A DNA stretch of 64,000 bases from Candidatus Poribacteria bacterium (GTDB lineage Bacteria; Poribacteria; WGA-4E; WGA-3G), in assembly GCA_964291315.2 (NCBI GenBank), contig OZ219750.1:192001-256000 (forward strand), in the 5' to 3' direction. A program made the position numbers and the translations under genes. Below the pieces are notes generated by a model. It was not told the DNA's origin. It ran no database searches and saw nothing but the letters and a program-made list of their open reading frames with translations. Position 1 is the stretch's first letter. Each line of letters starts with the position of its first letter. This document shows positions 18,101 through 26,552 of the stretch, piece after piece.

Positions 18101-18933
18101 TAGTTGCTATTGCCTGGCGTGTTACATTCTGTCAAGAATGAGATAACAATGTTTTTACCGGCGTAGTCTGTGAGATTGACACTTTTTTCTTGCCAGCAGC
18201 ATTCGGTTGCTACTGATTCAAAGCGTCTCTCTGGCGGATCAGTTTCTCCGCTATTAGCAATTTCGAGAGCGAACTTTACGCCCCCAGGTTGTCGTTCCGT
18301 GTCGTCAAACGCGACCCCGTCCCGCAAACCGATAAAAAAGTGGAGAAGGAGTTGATCTTTGCTGTCTGTCTCTGGAAGCGAAAGGGTATAGTTAATTTTT
18401 GCGGTTTCTGTTGGTGCTGGGTGTTCAAAGATAGCTGGTTTTTGGATACCACCTGAACAGTCTATACCGTTGGCAGCCGCCTGCTCTGCCCCGGAGACAG
18501 TGCTATGTTCAAACATATCTACGAAGTCGTAGAGCTCCTGGGCAACACCAAGAATTAGGGGTATAGGTTCGAGTGTTCTTTCTGATTCTGCTTTGGTGTG
18601 GTCGCTCACTTCTGTTTCTTGTGCTTGTATTTTTGTAGATTCTAAGTTGTCGTTGCTATTTTCTGTAATAGGTGGTTCTGCCTCATCTTCAGTAAGTGCC
18701 CTTTCTGGTTCCAGAGGAGCTTTCTCCAAAGCAGATGAGGCATCGCTTTTTCTGATTTCCGTATCTGCAATAGATGATGCTATAGTTTCGGTGTCATCTG
18801 AGGAATTGGCATCAACTGTAAGTTTTAATTCTGTCTGCGGTTTGTCGCTATCTTGTGCGTCAGTAGGTTGATGCGCCTCTTCTTCTGTTTTCCCGATGCA
18901 TGTAGCTAAAAACTGTTGAAAACTAGTGAGCAT
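15136..18933 (-). CDS. Large multidomain hypothetical protein (1265 aa), possible carbohydrate-active enzyme
   Basis: Acidic disordered N-terminus; NPCBM-like beta-sandwich ('GGVKFALEI...WQEKSVNLTDYAGKNIVISF...YAWALWGKP'); CARDB-like segment; C-terminal alpha/alpha-toroid-like helices ('QQSDGSW', 'AYVEAYELTTEKEYLKRA'). Confidence 0.75.
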   Translation of the reverse strand: MLTSFQQFLATCIGKTEEEAHQPTDAQDSDKPQTELKLTVDANSSDDTETIASSIADTEIRKSDASSALEKAPLEPERALTEDEAEPPITENSNDNLESTKIQAQETEVSDHTKAESERTLEPIPLILGVAQELYDFVDMFEHSTVSGAEQAAANGIDCSGGIQKPAIFEHPAPTETAKINYTLSLPETDSKDQLLLHFFIGLRDGVAFDDTERQPGGVKFALEIANSGETDPPERRFESVATECCWQEKSVNLTDYAGKNIVISFLTECNTPGNSNYAWALWGKPELYKLEEKPLRKAKRGAEPEARCGIAIVHFDDEKTQSLVFNQSVSTPVTALTDICIQTLDIKEPPAKISIYVLQPKLEIVSIGSTAAVVSAGEDFEIQCTLRNSGDAPLDKRNIARITINGARLRRGRPRQNVKHIEPGEKVNIQWSIRSLPRPTVHPFSVLLIYQTALGEKRQTAQGKVTVLPSVPKLTTKVVKELHTYSQNGSVVLGNKHLRIVFVRSIQPTTSNENPDESRFQYYMIFVAKGRNYQRVATSPALSEVVYLDELQNRQTFQLVPTRYQLAGNNDESIVRLSGTNTDTDGVKWDYEMEWTLTEEATRVKTEYRLKTNADRGLLAFRGPTLYAGCGHNPEKKTAALFPGLEFLEDEEHSSNPRDAFPPLNNRLVPHPYKITVPVMAVEMQKAVVGIIWNPLDTWDSENHMLSAIFASPNWHQHQKNHILGLFLPTTPEWVQENETEASTPYPLTASREISIKCEIIANGNASILDAVSHWTDAYGAPKPLEPPRTDEEELLLSRHGLMHVTWDKIARKSRHCVGWKAHNEPGFGTLLWYDYLATKNKKVKERALEIAENTITESGKEGLAARGSCHILSWEFPFYIGNIDAALTYMQKEAQQRIATQQSDGSWRWQTNGKTASLGKTGDAVLGTCAESALLLLKHARITGNKTSQIAGVKALKFMKQFSLPRGAQMWECPMYQPDVLAAAHAIAAYVEAYELTTEKEYLKRANYWAETTLPFLYHWHLPDRPGMQFASIPVFGTSFYTHPWFGVPVQWNGLVLAYYLQRLNQHTKDERWLQIAEGITVSAMHQQWADGEFKGTYPDGFYGFCTEGRGPHLNPENIMVNIYTLRGLDPGIKTAIAGEIHISSGAKINALTLTDAGRLKWQLSYATNEASYALIVGYQSTPKALRVRYQLSSSTRPAQNPESNAASDAPEQVNARSTYAEIEVPAAQTLEDVESGWLYIEDQGVILVKYLHTATDVQFELV

Positions 18934-20082
18934 CTATTCTCTCTCACTCCATTTCTGTTTCATCTGTTTCATCTCATCGTTGAGAGCGGCCTCTGCTAAT
19001 GGAATCAGGGCAGAGGTTTCGATCTGCCATGTGCCAGCTTCGTCTTTTAGGACGGGTTTGCGTTGTGCGACAGGCAAGATGCTGAAGGGGGCGTGTGGTT
19101 CGATTTGATACCAATATGCCACGGAAGACATCTCGTTCCTGAGATGATTGCCGTGTCCGTGCTCTATCGTAACCCGTATTTCCTTCTCAAAACGAACAGG
19201 GTTTTCGAGGTGATAAACATAAGAGGTTTGGTAACCATCGGTATTATTTTCGTGGATAGCGGAACCATTATGTGCAAACGCATTCTCTTGCATGCCCCAC
19301 GCTTGGTTCAGATAATCTTCTGAACCGGTGCCGTGGAGGTCGGGCGGCCACTTGTAACCGTCTACCCAGATCATATCATCGCCTTCGCCCCACCATGTAC
19401 CTTGGAAATTGGTAATAGAGAGGTTACAACCGATGTAGTGCCCTCGTCCCTCGGCGGAAAGGATGCGATAATTGGTATTCCATGCGAGTCTTTCAGCGTT
19501 GATGATATTTGCTTCCGGTGTGTTGACTTGTATTTCGTGCCCCCAACCATCACAAGGGTTTTCACGATGGAATTGTGCATGAAAATAGGCGACATCGTCA
19601 GCATGTAGGTCCGAGTATACTTCGTAATCTATGTAGAAGTATTGACGGTGTGGCGTATTGCCTTCGTTGACAAGTTCTATTCGTGCGCTGCTGTTAAAAG
19701 GCATTTGAACGTAACTATTGAGTGCACACCCTGCATTAAACTGGTTGTTGCGATCTGTGGAAGCAGAAAATAAAATAGAATCGTACGAATTGACGATTTC
19801 ATTTCCGAGTCCGAAGAAATCGCCTAAGGGACAAAGGACGCTTGGATGCTCTTCATTATCCCAGAACATCCGGATTAAGACATTTCGGTAGCCGTTTGGC
19901 TGTGTCATCCAGATGTGATTAATGCATCCGGGTCCTTTGAGGTTTGCAATAACGCGAGTTTCGCCGGGTGCGATATCCCATGCGTCGTTATTTCTACCTG
20001 TTGTATCCCAAGAGGAGGCACGTAAAGAGCGAGCTTTTTTGACACGCGTCAACGATGACAATGATCCATCAATATAAGCCAT
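18934..20082 (-). CDS. DUF2961 / GH172-like glycoside hydrolase
   Basis: GPGCINHIWMT, PLGDFFG, WWGEGDDMIWVDG, GTGSEDY, IEHGHGN, SSVAYWYQ motifs. Confidence 0.9.
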   Translation of the reverse strand: MAYIDGSLSSLTRVKKARSLRASSWDTTGRNNDAWDIAPGETRVIANLKGPGCINHIWMTQPNGYRNVLIRMFWDNEEHPSVLCPLGDFFGLGNEIVNSYDSILFSASTDRNNQFNAGCALNSYVQMPFNSSARIELVNEGNTPHRQYFYIDYEVYSDLHADDVAYFHAQFHRENPCDGWGHEIQVNTPEANIINAERLAWNTNYRILSAEGRGHYIGCNLSITNFQGTWWGEGDDMIWVDGYKWPPDLHGTGSEDYLNQAWGMQENAFAHNGSAIHENNTDGYQTSYVYHLENPVRFEKEIRVTIEHGHGNHLRNEMSSVAYWYQIEPHAPFSILPVAQRKPVLKDEAGTWQIETSALIPLAEAALNDEMKQMKQKWSERE

Positions 20083-20299
20083 AACTTTGCTTCCTAATAT
20101 ACACCTCTATCCTGCACTTACGCACAGGATTGAAAAAATTGTTCCTTATGATGCAATTATAACATATATTGCTAAAAAATCAATAAAAAAATCTAATTTT
20201 CCGATTAATCTGTTTCTCCGGGGCAAAGGTTTTCTGAGGGGCCTCAAAGTTTTTTCTTTCACCCAACGCACTAGTGCTTTTTTCGCTATAGATCTTTTT

Positions 20300-21115
20300 T
20301 CAAACACCTGTTAGTACGGATTTCATTTTCTCTAAACCAATTCGGGCGACTTCTGCGGGATCTTGCTCCCAATAGTTTGGGTTGAACAACTCCAATGAGA
20401 TGACACCTGTATATTCTGCATCCTTTAGGATAGAGACCATATGTCCAAGATCAAGGATACCATCACCAGGGTAAACTCTGTCGGCATCCGTCTGTACCTC
20501 GCGTGCTGGCTCTGCAGGGGCATCGTTGAAGTGAAAAACTGCGATTTTCTCAGCGGGAATACTTTTCATATCACCTATTTCGCCACCACCGCGATAGATG
20601 TGGAAAGGGTCGAGAACGATCGTGCTGTCAGCATGATTAGCTATCTCTATTATTTCCCACGCGTGCTTGACTTTGTTGACCCCTTCAACAAATCCCAGAA
20701 ATTCCATGGCGGGTTTAACACCGAATTCGCGCCCAAGTTCTAGCAGTTCGTAATAGTTTTGGCCGCCTCGCTGTGAGTCTACCGCTTCACGCGGTGGACT
20801 TGAGATTATGTAAGTTGAACCGACGGCAGCGGCTTGTGCCATCCGCCGCTTTGCTTCTTCGATCGCCTCTTGATGTTCTGTGCCCGTAGTGTTGAGCCAA
20901 CCGTGCAAAGCAATGACAGTAGGGACCGAGAGCCCCTGGTCATCGAGTGCTTTTTTGACATCGGTGAGCGAGCCGCCCTGCTCCTCGTAAGCTGTTAAAT
21001 CGTCGTTCCATAACTCGATTGCTGAGTAGCCGGTTTCGGAAGCGATTCGAATTTTGTCCATTAACCCAGCGGGGCGGATTGTGCTTGTGTTTAAGCCTAA
21101 CTGAAATTGTGTCAT
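20300..21115 (-). CDS. Sugar phosphate isomerase/epimerase (xylose isomerase-like TIM barrel)
   Basis: EFLG, DPFH, HFND, DRVYPGDG, SLELFN motifs. Confidence 0.9.
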   Translation of the reverse strand: MTQFQLGLNTSTIRPAGLMDKIRIASETGYSAIELWNDDLTAYEEQGGSLTDVKKALDDQGLSVPTVIALHGWLNTTGTEHQEAIEEAKRRMAQAAAVGSTYIISSPPREAVDSQRGGQNYYELLELGREFGVKPAMEFLGFVEGVNKVKHAWEIIEIANHADSTIVLDPFHIYRGGGEIGDMKSIPAEKIAVFHFNDAPAEPAREVQTDADRVYPGDGILDLGHMVSILKDAEYTGVISLELFNPNYWEQDPAEVARIGLEKMKSVLTGV

Positions 21116-21182
21116 TTTTTTTAGTATGTCTAGGCAGGGCTTCTGTTGTCAACCCTGAAAAAAACGATTGAATTATAAGAAA

Positions 21183-21983
21183 CTATTTGTCCATCAAATC
21201 TCTGATGAAACGGACATCTATACGGGCCAGATCGATAACAGTATCCACGGGTTCTCCGCTGTATTCACTATGGAAACTCACGGGACCCGAGAAGCCAATG
21301 GTTTGTAATGTGTCTACTGCGGTTTTCCAGTCAACGAAGCCTTTTCCGATGCGAACGACTCTGCCGCCCCTCATACCGGGGGAACGCGCTAGGTCTTTAA
21401 ATGCCATGACAGCGAGATGCGATTTGACGATATCCAGGGCCATGTTGATCGGTTCCCCAACGATTGAGAGATGGCCTGTATCGGCAAAAACCCCGACATG
21501 TTCGGGATCAAAACCTGTTACAAGGTTCATCACTGCACATGAGTTTAGTCCCATGGAAGTGCCAGAATGGTTATGGATACAGGTCCGGGGGCCGTATTGT
21601 GCAGAAAGTTTGGCAAACCCTTCTAGTTGTGTTCGGATAAAATCGACCTGTGCCCAGTAGCCGCCATCTCCTGCGTGCCAGTGCCAATATCCCAATTTGA
21701 TGTTTTCTACACCGGCTTCGCCAGCGGCAGCGTAAACGCGGCGCGTTCCTTCTTGCGTCGGATCGAGAAAATCTCCCGGTGTTGTGACGAGCGGGATAGC
21801 TAGGCCTGCAGCAGCAAACTGCTTTGCGGCAGCCGGCAGCGCTGCAATAGCGTTTTCTGGATTTACGGGATAGCCCGGGCGAACACACAAATCAGCGCCA
21901 CTCACGCCGACTGATTGCAGAGCTTCAACAATATCTGGAATGTCTAAACCTTCCAGATGTTTTGTGAACATGATAAAAATCAT
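21183..21983 (-). CDS. Sugar phosphate isomerase/epimerase (TIM barrel)
   Basis: HNHSG, DTGH, FKD, G.G.VDW, SFHSEY motifs. Confidence 0.88.
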   Translation of the reverse strand: MIFIMFTKHLEGLDIPDIVEALQSVGVSGADLCVRPGYPVNPENAIAALPAAAKQFAAAGLAIPLVTTPGDFLDPTQEGTRRVYAAAGEAGVENIKLGYWHWHAGDGGYWAQVDFIRTQLEGFAKLSAQYGPRTCIHNHSGTSMGLNSCAVMNLVTGFDPEHVGVFADTGHLSIVGEPINMALDIVKSHLAVMAFKDLARSPGMRGGRVVRIGKGFVDWKTAVDTLQTIGFSGPVSFHSEYSGEPVDTVIDLARIDVRFIRDLMDK

Positions 21984-22088
21984 AATAGGAGTAGGTCTTA
22001 GTTGTTATTTGTCGCTTAGGGGAAACTTGAATGTTAACAACCCTCTTTAACCCATAATTGATAATTGCCGACGATCAACGGCCATTTT

Positions 22089-23192
22089 TTACCAATCGAC
22101 GACCGAACCGTCATCGGGGTGGTAAGTCACAGGGTTCTGCCAGTCGTGGTCGATTTTGTCTTCAAGGGCATCTTCATCGAGTTCTATACCGAGTCCGGGA
22201 CTGGTGGGGAGTTCGACGAATCCGTCTTTGAAAACGAATGGATTTTTAAGATAGCCCTCACCAAGCGTTGTATGCTCCTGCATCACAAAGTTCGGTATAG
22301 AGGCATCTAATTGGATGCATGCTGCTAAAGAAATAGGGCCCAGTGGATTGTGTGGTGCGATGCCGCCATAATAGGCTTCAGCCATACCTGCGATGATACG
22401 CACTTCATTGATGCCTCCAGCGTGGCAGAGGTCAGGTTGAAGGATAGAGGCAGCCTGCTTCTCTAAAATTTCACGAAACCCCCACTTTGTGAAGATACGT
22501 TCGCCGGTTGCAATGGGAAGATGTGTGCCTCGGGCGATTTCAACGAGAGTGTCCACATTTTGACATTGGATTGGCTCTTCTACAAACATCGGTTGGTACG
22601 GTTCGAGCGCCTTGATTAAGATCTTTGCGGTCTGTGGGCTGATTGCGCCGTGAAAGTCTATCGCGAGGTCAACTTCTGTGCCAGCAGCCTCGCGGAGCGC
22701 AGCGAAGTGATTTACGGCTCTGTCGATAAACGCTTTGTTCTCGATGATACGAGCCGGTCTGCCACCTGCAACGCCTGTTTTGAAAGCCGTGAATCCTTTG
22801 TCGATCCACTCCTTAATGCCCTCTGGATCGCCGCCGCCTTTGTAGAGCCGGATGCGGTCGCGCGTCGGGCCACCGAAGAGCTGATAGACGGGAACACCCA
22901 ACGCCTTCCCTGCAAGATCCCAGAGTGCCTGCTCTATACCGCTTAATGCACTTGTAAGAATCGGCCCTCCGCGGTAGAATGCATGACGATACATCGCTTG
23001 CCAGTGGTGCACAACGCGTCTCGGATCTTGACCGATGAGATAGGGCGCGAGTTCATCAACCGCTTGTGCACATGTCTTTGCACGCCCTTCTAAAATCGGT
23101 TCACCGAGCCCGACTAAGCCCTCGTCCGTATGGACCTTAAGAAAGAGCCAGCGCGGTTGCACCAGAAATGTCTCTAATTTTGTAATCTTCAT
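22089..23192 (-). CDS. dgoD: Galactonate dehydratase (enolase superfamily)
   Basis: MKITKLETFLVQPRWLFLKVHTDEG, FYRGGPILTSALSGIEQALWD, DFHG, APHNPLGP, DGSVVDW C-terminus. Confidence 0.85.
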   Translation of the reverse strand: MKITKLETFLVQPRWLFLKVHTDEGLVGLGEPILEGRAKTCAQAVDELAPYLIGQDPRRVVHHWQAMYRHAFYRGGPILTSALSGIEQALWDLAGKALGVPVYQLFGGPTRDRIRLYKGGGDPEGIKEWIDKGFTAFKTGVAGGRPARIIENKAFIDRAVNHFAALREAAGTEVDLAIDFHGAISPQTAKILIKALEPYQPMFVEEPIQCQNVDTLVEIARGTHLPIATGERIFTKWGFREILEKQAASILQPDLCHAGGINEVRIIAGMAEAYYGGIAPHNPLGPISLAACIQLDASIPNFVMQEHTTLGEGYLKNPFVFKDGFVELPTSPGLGIELDEDALEDKIDHDWQNPVTYHPDDGSVVDW

Positions 23193-23738
23193 AGAGATTC
23201 CTCAAGTGGGTATCGACTTGAAACGGAACGTTCTGTCTATTTTAATACTATGCTACCATTTTTTATGAATTTTTTCAATAATTAAATTGTGGGTGAGTAA
23301 ATGCGTTTGGTTCTCTTGTAGAGTTGTTTGTAGGCGAAAATCATCGGTAGCCTCGAAAAACAGGTTTCAAGTTCAGCACTTATTCTTATACTTGGTTTAT
23401 TGTGTTGACTTAGGCAAGGTAGGAGTGGAATCCTACCGTTATTAATGGTATGGTAATGAATAGGAGGAATTGTGTTTTGTTAAGTTTCTTTTCACATCGG
23501 ATAGCGACAGGTATCTTATTGAGTGTTGGATGTCACTAATTCTCGGATAACGTTAGAAAATCCCATACCTGAAGCCTCGAGAGTGGGTGGCGGCCCTCGT
23601 TCGATCAGATGTCTTATAGCGGCTTTTGTGTGTTAGATACCTATCCTCTACGCAGCGGGCATTTATCGCGCTTCCGTTATTAGGACTCACAGAAAGTAAC
23701 GTCCAAAAATTCAGATATTTTATTTTTTTTAGACAAGT

Positions 23739-23767
23739 TGCACGTTTTCTGTTTAAAAATTCGTCTT
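23739..23767 (+). promoter_or_regulatory. Candidate ECF-type promoter TGCAC-N18-CGTC
   Basis: Same spacing in copy 2 (33196-33222, TGCAC...CGGC), upstream of both ECF genes. Confidence 0.35.
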
Positions 23768-23884
23768 AAATAATATAGGACGATGTCTTTACAAATTGTT
23801 AACTTCCTTCCACAAAACTTCACAGTTGATTAAGCCTGTTATGTGTGCAGGCATAATTCAATGCTTCTATTAGGAGGTAGTTTC

Positions 23885-24469
23885 ATGGAGAGAAAAGACG
23901 ATGCCCAACTGATTAGCAGAACTCTATTGGGTGATGACAAGGCCTTTAGGTTCTTGGTCGATAAGTATTGGAAGCGTATTCACACCCTTGCCTATCGGAA
24001 GATAAATGATTTCCATTATGCGGAGGAGATCGCGCAAGACACTTTCCTTAAGGCACACCAAAAACTTTCGACCCTCAAGGATCCGAATAAATTTTCAGGA
24101 TGGATTCATATTATCGCTGGCCGGCTTTGTACTGATTGGATACGCAAGCAGAATCAGCTGCTAGATCAGAAACTTATGTTACAGGCGCTGCAGGACACAG
24201 GATTGGAAGACGTCGAGAGAGCTTCTTACGCTCATTACATATCGGAACAACGGACAGCAGAGAGATCTGAGTACAACCGTGAGCTTGTAGCGAAACTGTT
24301 GGCAAAACTGCCAGAAGATGAACAGACGGTTGTAACGCTCTATTATCTTGACGAGATGTCAACGAAAGAGATTGCGGAATTCATGGGGGTGTCGGTGAAT
24401 ACAATTACCAGCCGACTCCAACGAGCACGGAAACGCTTACAAACCGATCAGGAATTCTCCGATCATTGA
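23885..24469 (+). pseudogene. ECF sigma-70 factor, truncated paralogue of 33338-35041
   Basis: Regions 2 and 4 intact (AEEIAQDTFLKA; YYLDEMSTKEIAEFMGVSVNTITSRLQRARKRL). The paralogue's TTA CAA codons read TGA TAA here, and homology continues ~50 nt past the stop. It may still act as a stand-alone sigma factor. Confidence 0.7.
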
Positions 24470-24519
24470 TAACTGTCAGATAATCTGAAGGAGTATATTA
24501 ATAAGTCAATTATATCAAC

Positions 24520-24710
24520 GTCAACGTCGCAGCCGAGGCTCTGCGAGGTCATCCGGATCTCGCTATAGATGCCGAAATGTTGTGAGTGAAACCTTAACAG
24601 AGCGTTCGATAGGGAAAGACATCCAAGAACCCGAAGAGTTGGTAGGATGGTTGCGAACCGTCGCAAAAAACCTGATGCTCGATAGCATAAGCGTCTGGAA
24701 AAGATGAACG
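24520..24710 (+). pseudogene. Fragment of a second, unrelated ECF sigma factor (region 2)
   Basis: Frame at 24618 reads DIQEPEELVGWLRTVAKNLMLD, preceded by a broken 'DAE...RAF' segment. Confidence 0.55.
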
Positions 24711-25065
24711 AGCCCCCTATCAACTCGAACGCTTGACAACTTTTCTTGTATCAGTCAGTGATGATGGATAATAAAATCTGATGATTAACTTTTGATGTTC
24801 ACATGACAGAATTTCAGACGAGAGCTAATATTGCTGGGATATTTGATGCGTACTTTCAAGGTTTTCTCCTTATGAAGTTCTGTCGTTTTAGACGAGATGC
24901 TGTTATATTTGATAGTTTCTGGAGACTGTCTCCCAAGTTAGATGCCTGTTGTGAAACAATTAGGTTGTTAGCATCTTATACAAAATACAGAGGATTGCCA
25001 AATAATGCAATACCTTTGTGAGCTTACTTTCAGACAGCAATTTCTAAAAAATTAAGGAGAACGTT

Positions 25066-25416
25066 ATGTTTTTACAGCAAACGATGGGTCCTTGGTTCGC
25101 CATTCAACGGGCGAGTCAAGTTATAATGATTTTATTGGCAGTTGCGATGTTAGTTTTACCGCTCTTAACACAACCCGAAGAAGCAGAGGCCATAGGTCCT
25201 GTAGGGATCTGTATTATGAGCGGATGCTTTATTATAGTCGCAGCGATAGCAGGTGCTTGTGCACGCCATATACTCAAGGCCTGCAATAACTGTGGGGAAT
25301 GGGGGGTAGGGAACTCTCACCGACACGTCTGCCTACCTGGATGTGGCTACAATTTTTGGTCTTGTGTTCTGGATTACGGCGTATCCGAAGCTTGGCTGCA
25401 TGCCTGCTGTTCTTAA
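25066..25416 (+). CDS. Small secreted Cys-rich protein (116 aa)
   Basis: AAGGAG RBS; signal peptide ending EEAEA; 10 Cys in the mature part; hairpin terminator follows. Confidence 0.75.
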   Translation: MFLQQTMGPWFAIQRASQVIMILLAVAMLVLPLLTQPEEAEAIGPVGICIMSGCFIIVAAIAGACARHILKACNNCGEWGVGNSHRHVCLPGCGYNFWSCVLDYGVSEAWLHACCS

Positions 25417-25426
25417 ATCGCCGCTG

Positions 25427-25460
25427 TGAGAGGCGGAGAGTTTTTATCTGCCTCTCTTCT
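25427..25460 (+). terminator. Intrinsic terminator-like hairpin
   Basis: GAGAGGCGGA-loop-TCTGCCTCTC followed by TTCTT. Confidence 0.55.
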
Positions 25461-25517
25461 TACTCAACAGGAGGGAAATAACTTTCCTTACATGTCCTTC
25501 GGAAGGAGACAATCTCT

Positions 25518-25817
25518 ATGAAAGAAACAAAATCCCTCGGAAAAAGACTTGTTGCGGAGCATCGAGCAAAAGTACGGCGAGACATCAAACAATACGTACT
25601 TGCAGCACTTGTTGGAACTGTCGTCGGACTGAGTATCGGGTTTACCGTGAGTGATTTCTGGTCATTACTCATAGATAGGTGCTCCGCTTGTGGTGAACTC
25701 GGTTCAGAAAAAGAGCACAAGGAATTAGGTAGTCTTGTAGCTCCCAATTATTATGTGTGTCAACCGCGGCCTCCGATATATAGACCCGCACCCCCGAGCC
25801 CTTATCTTGACAGATAA
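25518..25817 (+). CDS. Small membrane-anchored CxxC/His protein (99 aa), copy 1
   Basis: AAGGAG RBS; TM helix; CSACG...H...NYYVC; Pro-rich tail. Differs from copy 2 by 5 synonymous and 2 non-synonymous changes. Confidence 0.75.
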   Translation: MKETKSLGKRLVAEHRAKVRRDIKQYVLAALVGTVVGLSIGFTVSDFWSLLIDRCSACGELGSEKEHKELGSLVAPNYYVCQPRPPIYRPAPPSPYLDR

Positions 25818-25905
25818 ACCTAACTTTTTGAGTGCAACTCAGGGAGATCCCCTCTAACTGAGGTATTCAGACTTATGCCAAGCCGTATAAAGATTGTTAC
25901 AGCAT
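25518..25905 (+). repeat. Near-identical direct repeat (copy 2 at 30350-30737)
   Basis: ~388 bp with 9 differences counted by eye; includes the first 10 codons of the next gene. Confidence 0.95.
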
Positions 25906-26552
25906 TGGGAATCCTTGTAATTCTAACGTTTGTTGGGCATTTTTTCATCACACAAAAAGTTGTAAAACCAGAGGTTCTTACAATTTACAAGGTTACACCG
26001 ATAGAGCTAAGGGGGGAGTCACACGGCGTTGATCCAAGGTCCAAGCCTCCCCTGGAAAAACAGGTTCCCCATTTCCCGTCTGTCTCCAGCGACCCTTTTC
26101 ATATTCATAAAACGCAGTCCTCTAAGAATATCCTTCACGATGAATTTGAAATCACATCCCACTTTGAGCAGAGACAGGCATTTCCCAAAGATACAGAATC
26201 TGCCGCTGACACAGTCCTTGCAGATGAAGATGTCAATTCGTCAGAGCATATCCACAGAAATATTGAAATGTTAAGTGCACAGATTGAAGACGAATTTTCC
26301 GATCTCATTTCCTTTTCACAGATGACCCGTGCCGAAATAACAGCGTTGCCGTATGAGGAAAGAGAAAGAATTAGGGAACTCTCTAACCAATTTATGGAAA
26401 AGTATATGAAAGAAATTCGTGAGTCTTTTTTGCTTTTGCCCCCCGATCATTTGGAAGGTATCCTCTCGGTTCTTCAGGAAGCATACAGAGAACAGTGGGG
26501 AAATGAATATGCTGATAAAGTTATAGCAGAATTACGTAACCAGCTCAAATGA
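25875..26552 (+). CDS. Hypothetical N-terminally anchored protein (225 aa)
   Basis: N-terminal TM helix, low-complexity linker, helical C-terminal domain; ATGA overlap with next gene. Confidence 0.75.
   Translation: MPSRIKIVTALGILVILTFVGHFFITQKVVKPEVLTIYKVTPIELRGESHGVDPRSKPPLEKQVPHFPSVSSDPFHIHKTQSSKNILHDEFEITSHFEQRQAFPKDTESAADTVLADEDVNSSEHIHRNIEMLSAQIEDEFSDLISFSQMTRAEITALPYEERERIRELSNQFMEKYMKEIRESFLLLPPDHLEGILSVLQEAYREQWGNEYADKVIAELRNQLK

Larger units (their letters stand above)
23427..24519 (+). repeat. Diverged duplication, copy 1 (upstream element plus ECF sigma gene); copy 2 at 32885-33971
   Basis: Colinear similarity from GGAATCCTACCGTTATTAATGGTATGG through ...GTCAATTATATCAAC. Confidence 0.9.

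Noticed and set aside
24803-25021. 72-aa ORF upstream of the Cys-rich gene
   Set aside because: No RBS or motif; more likely promoter region.
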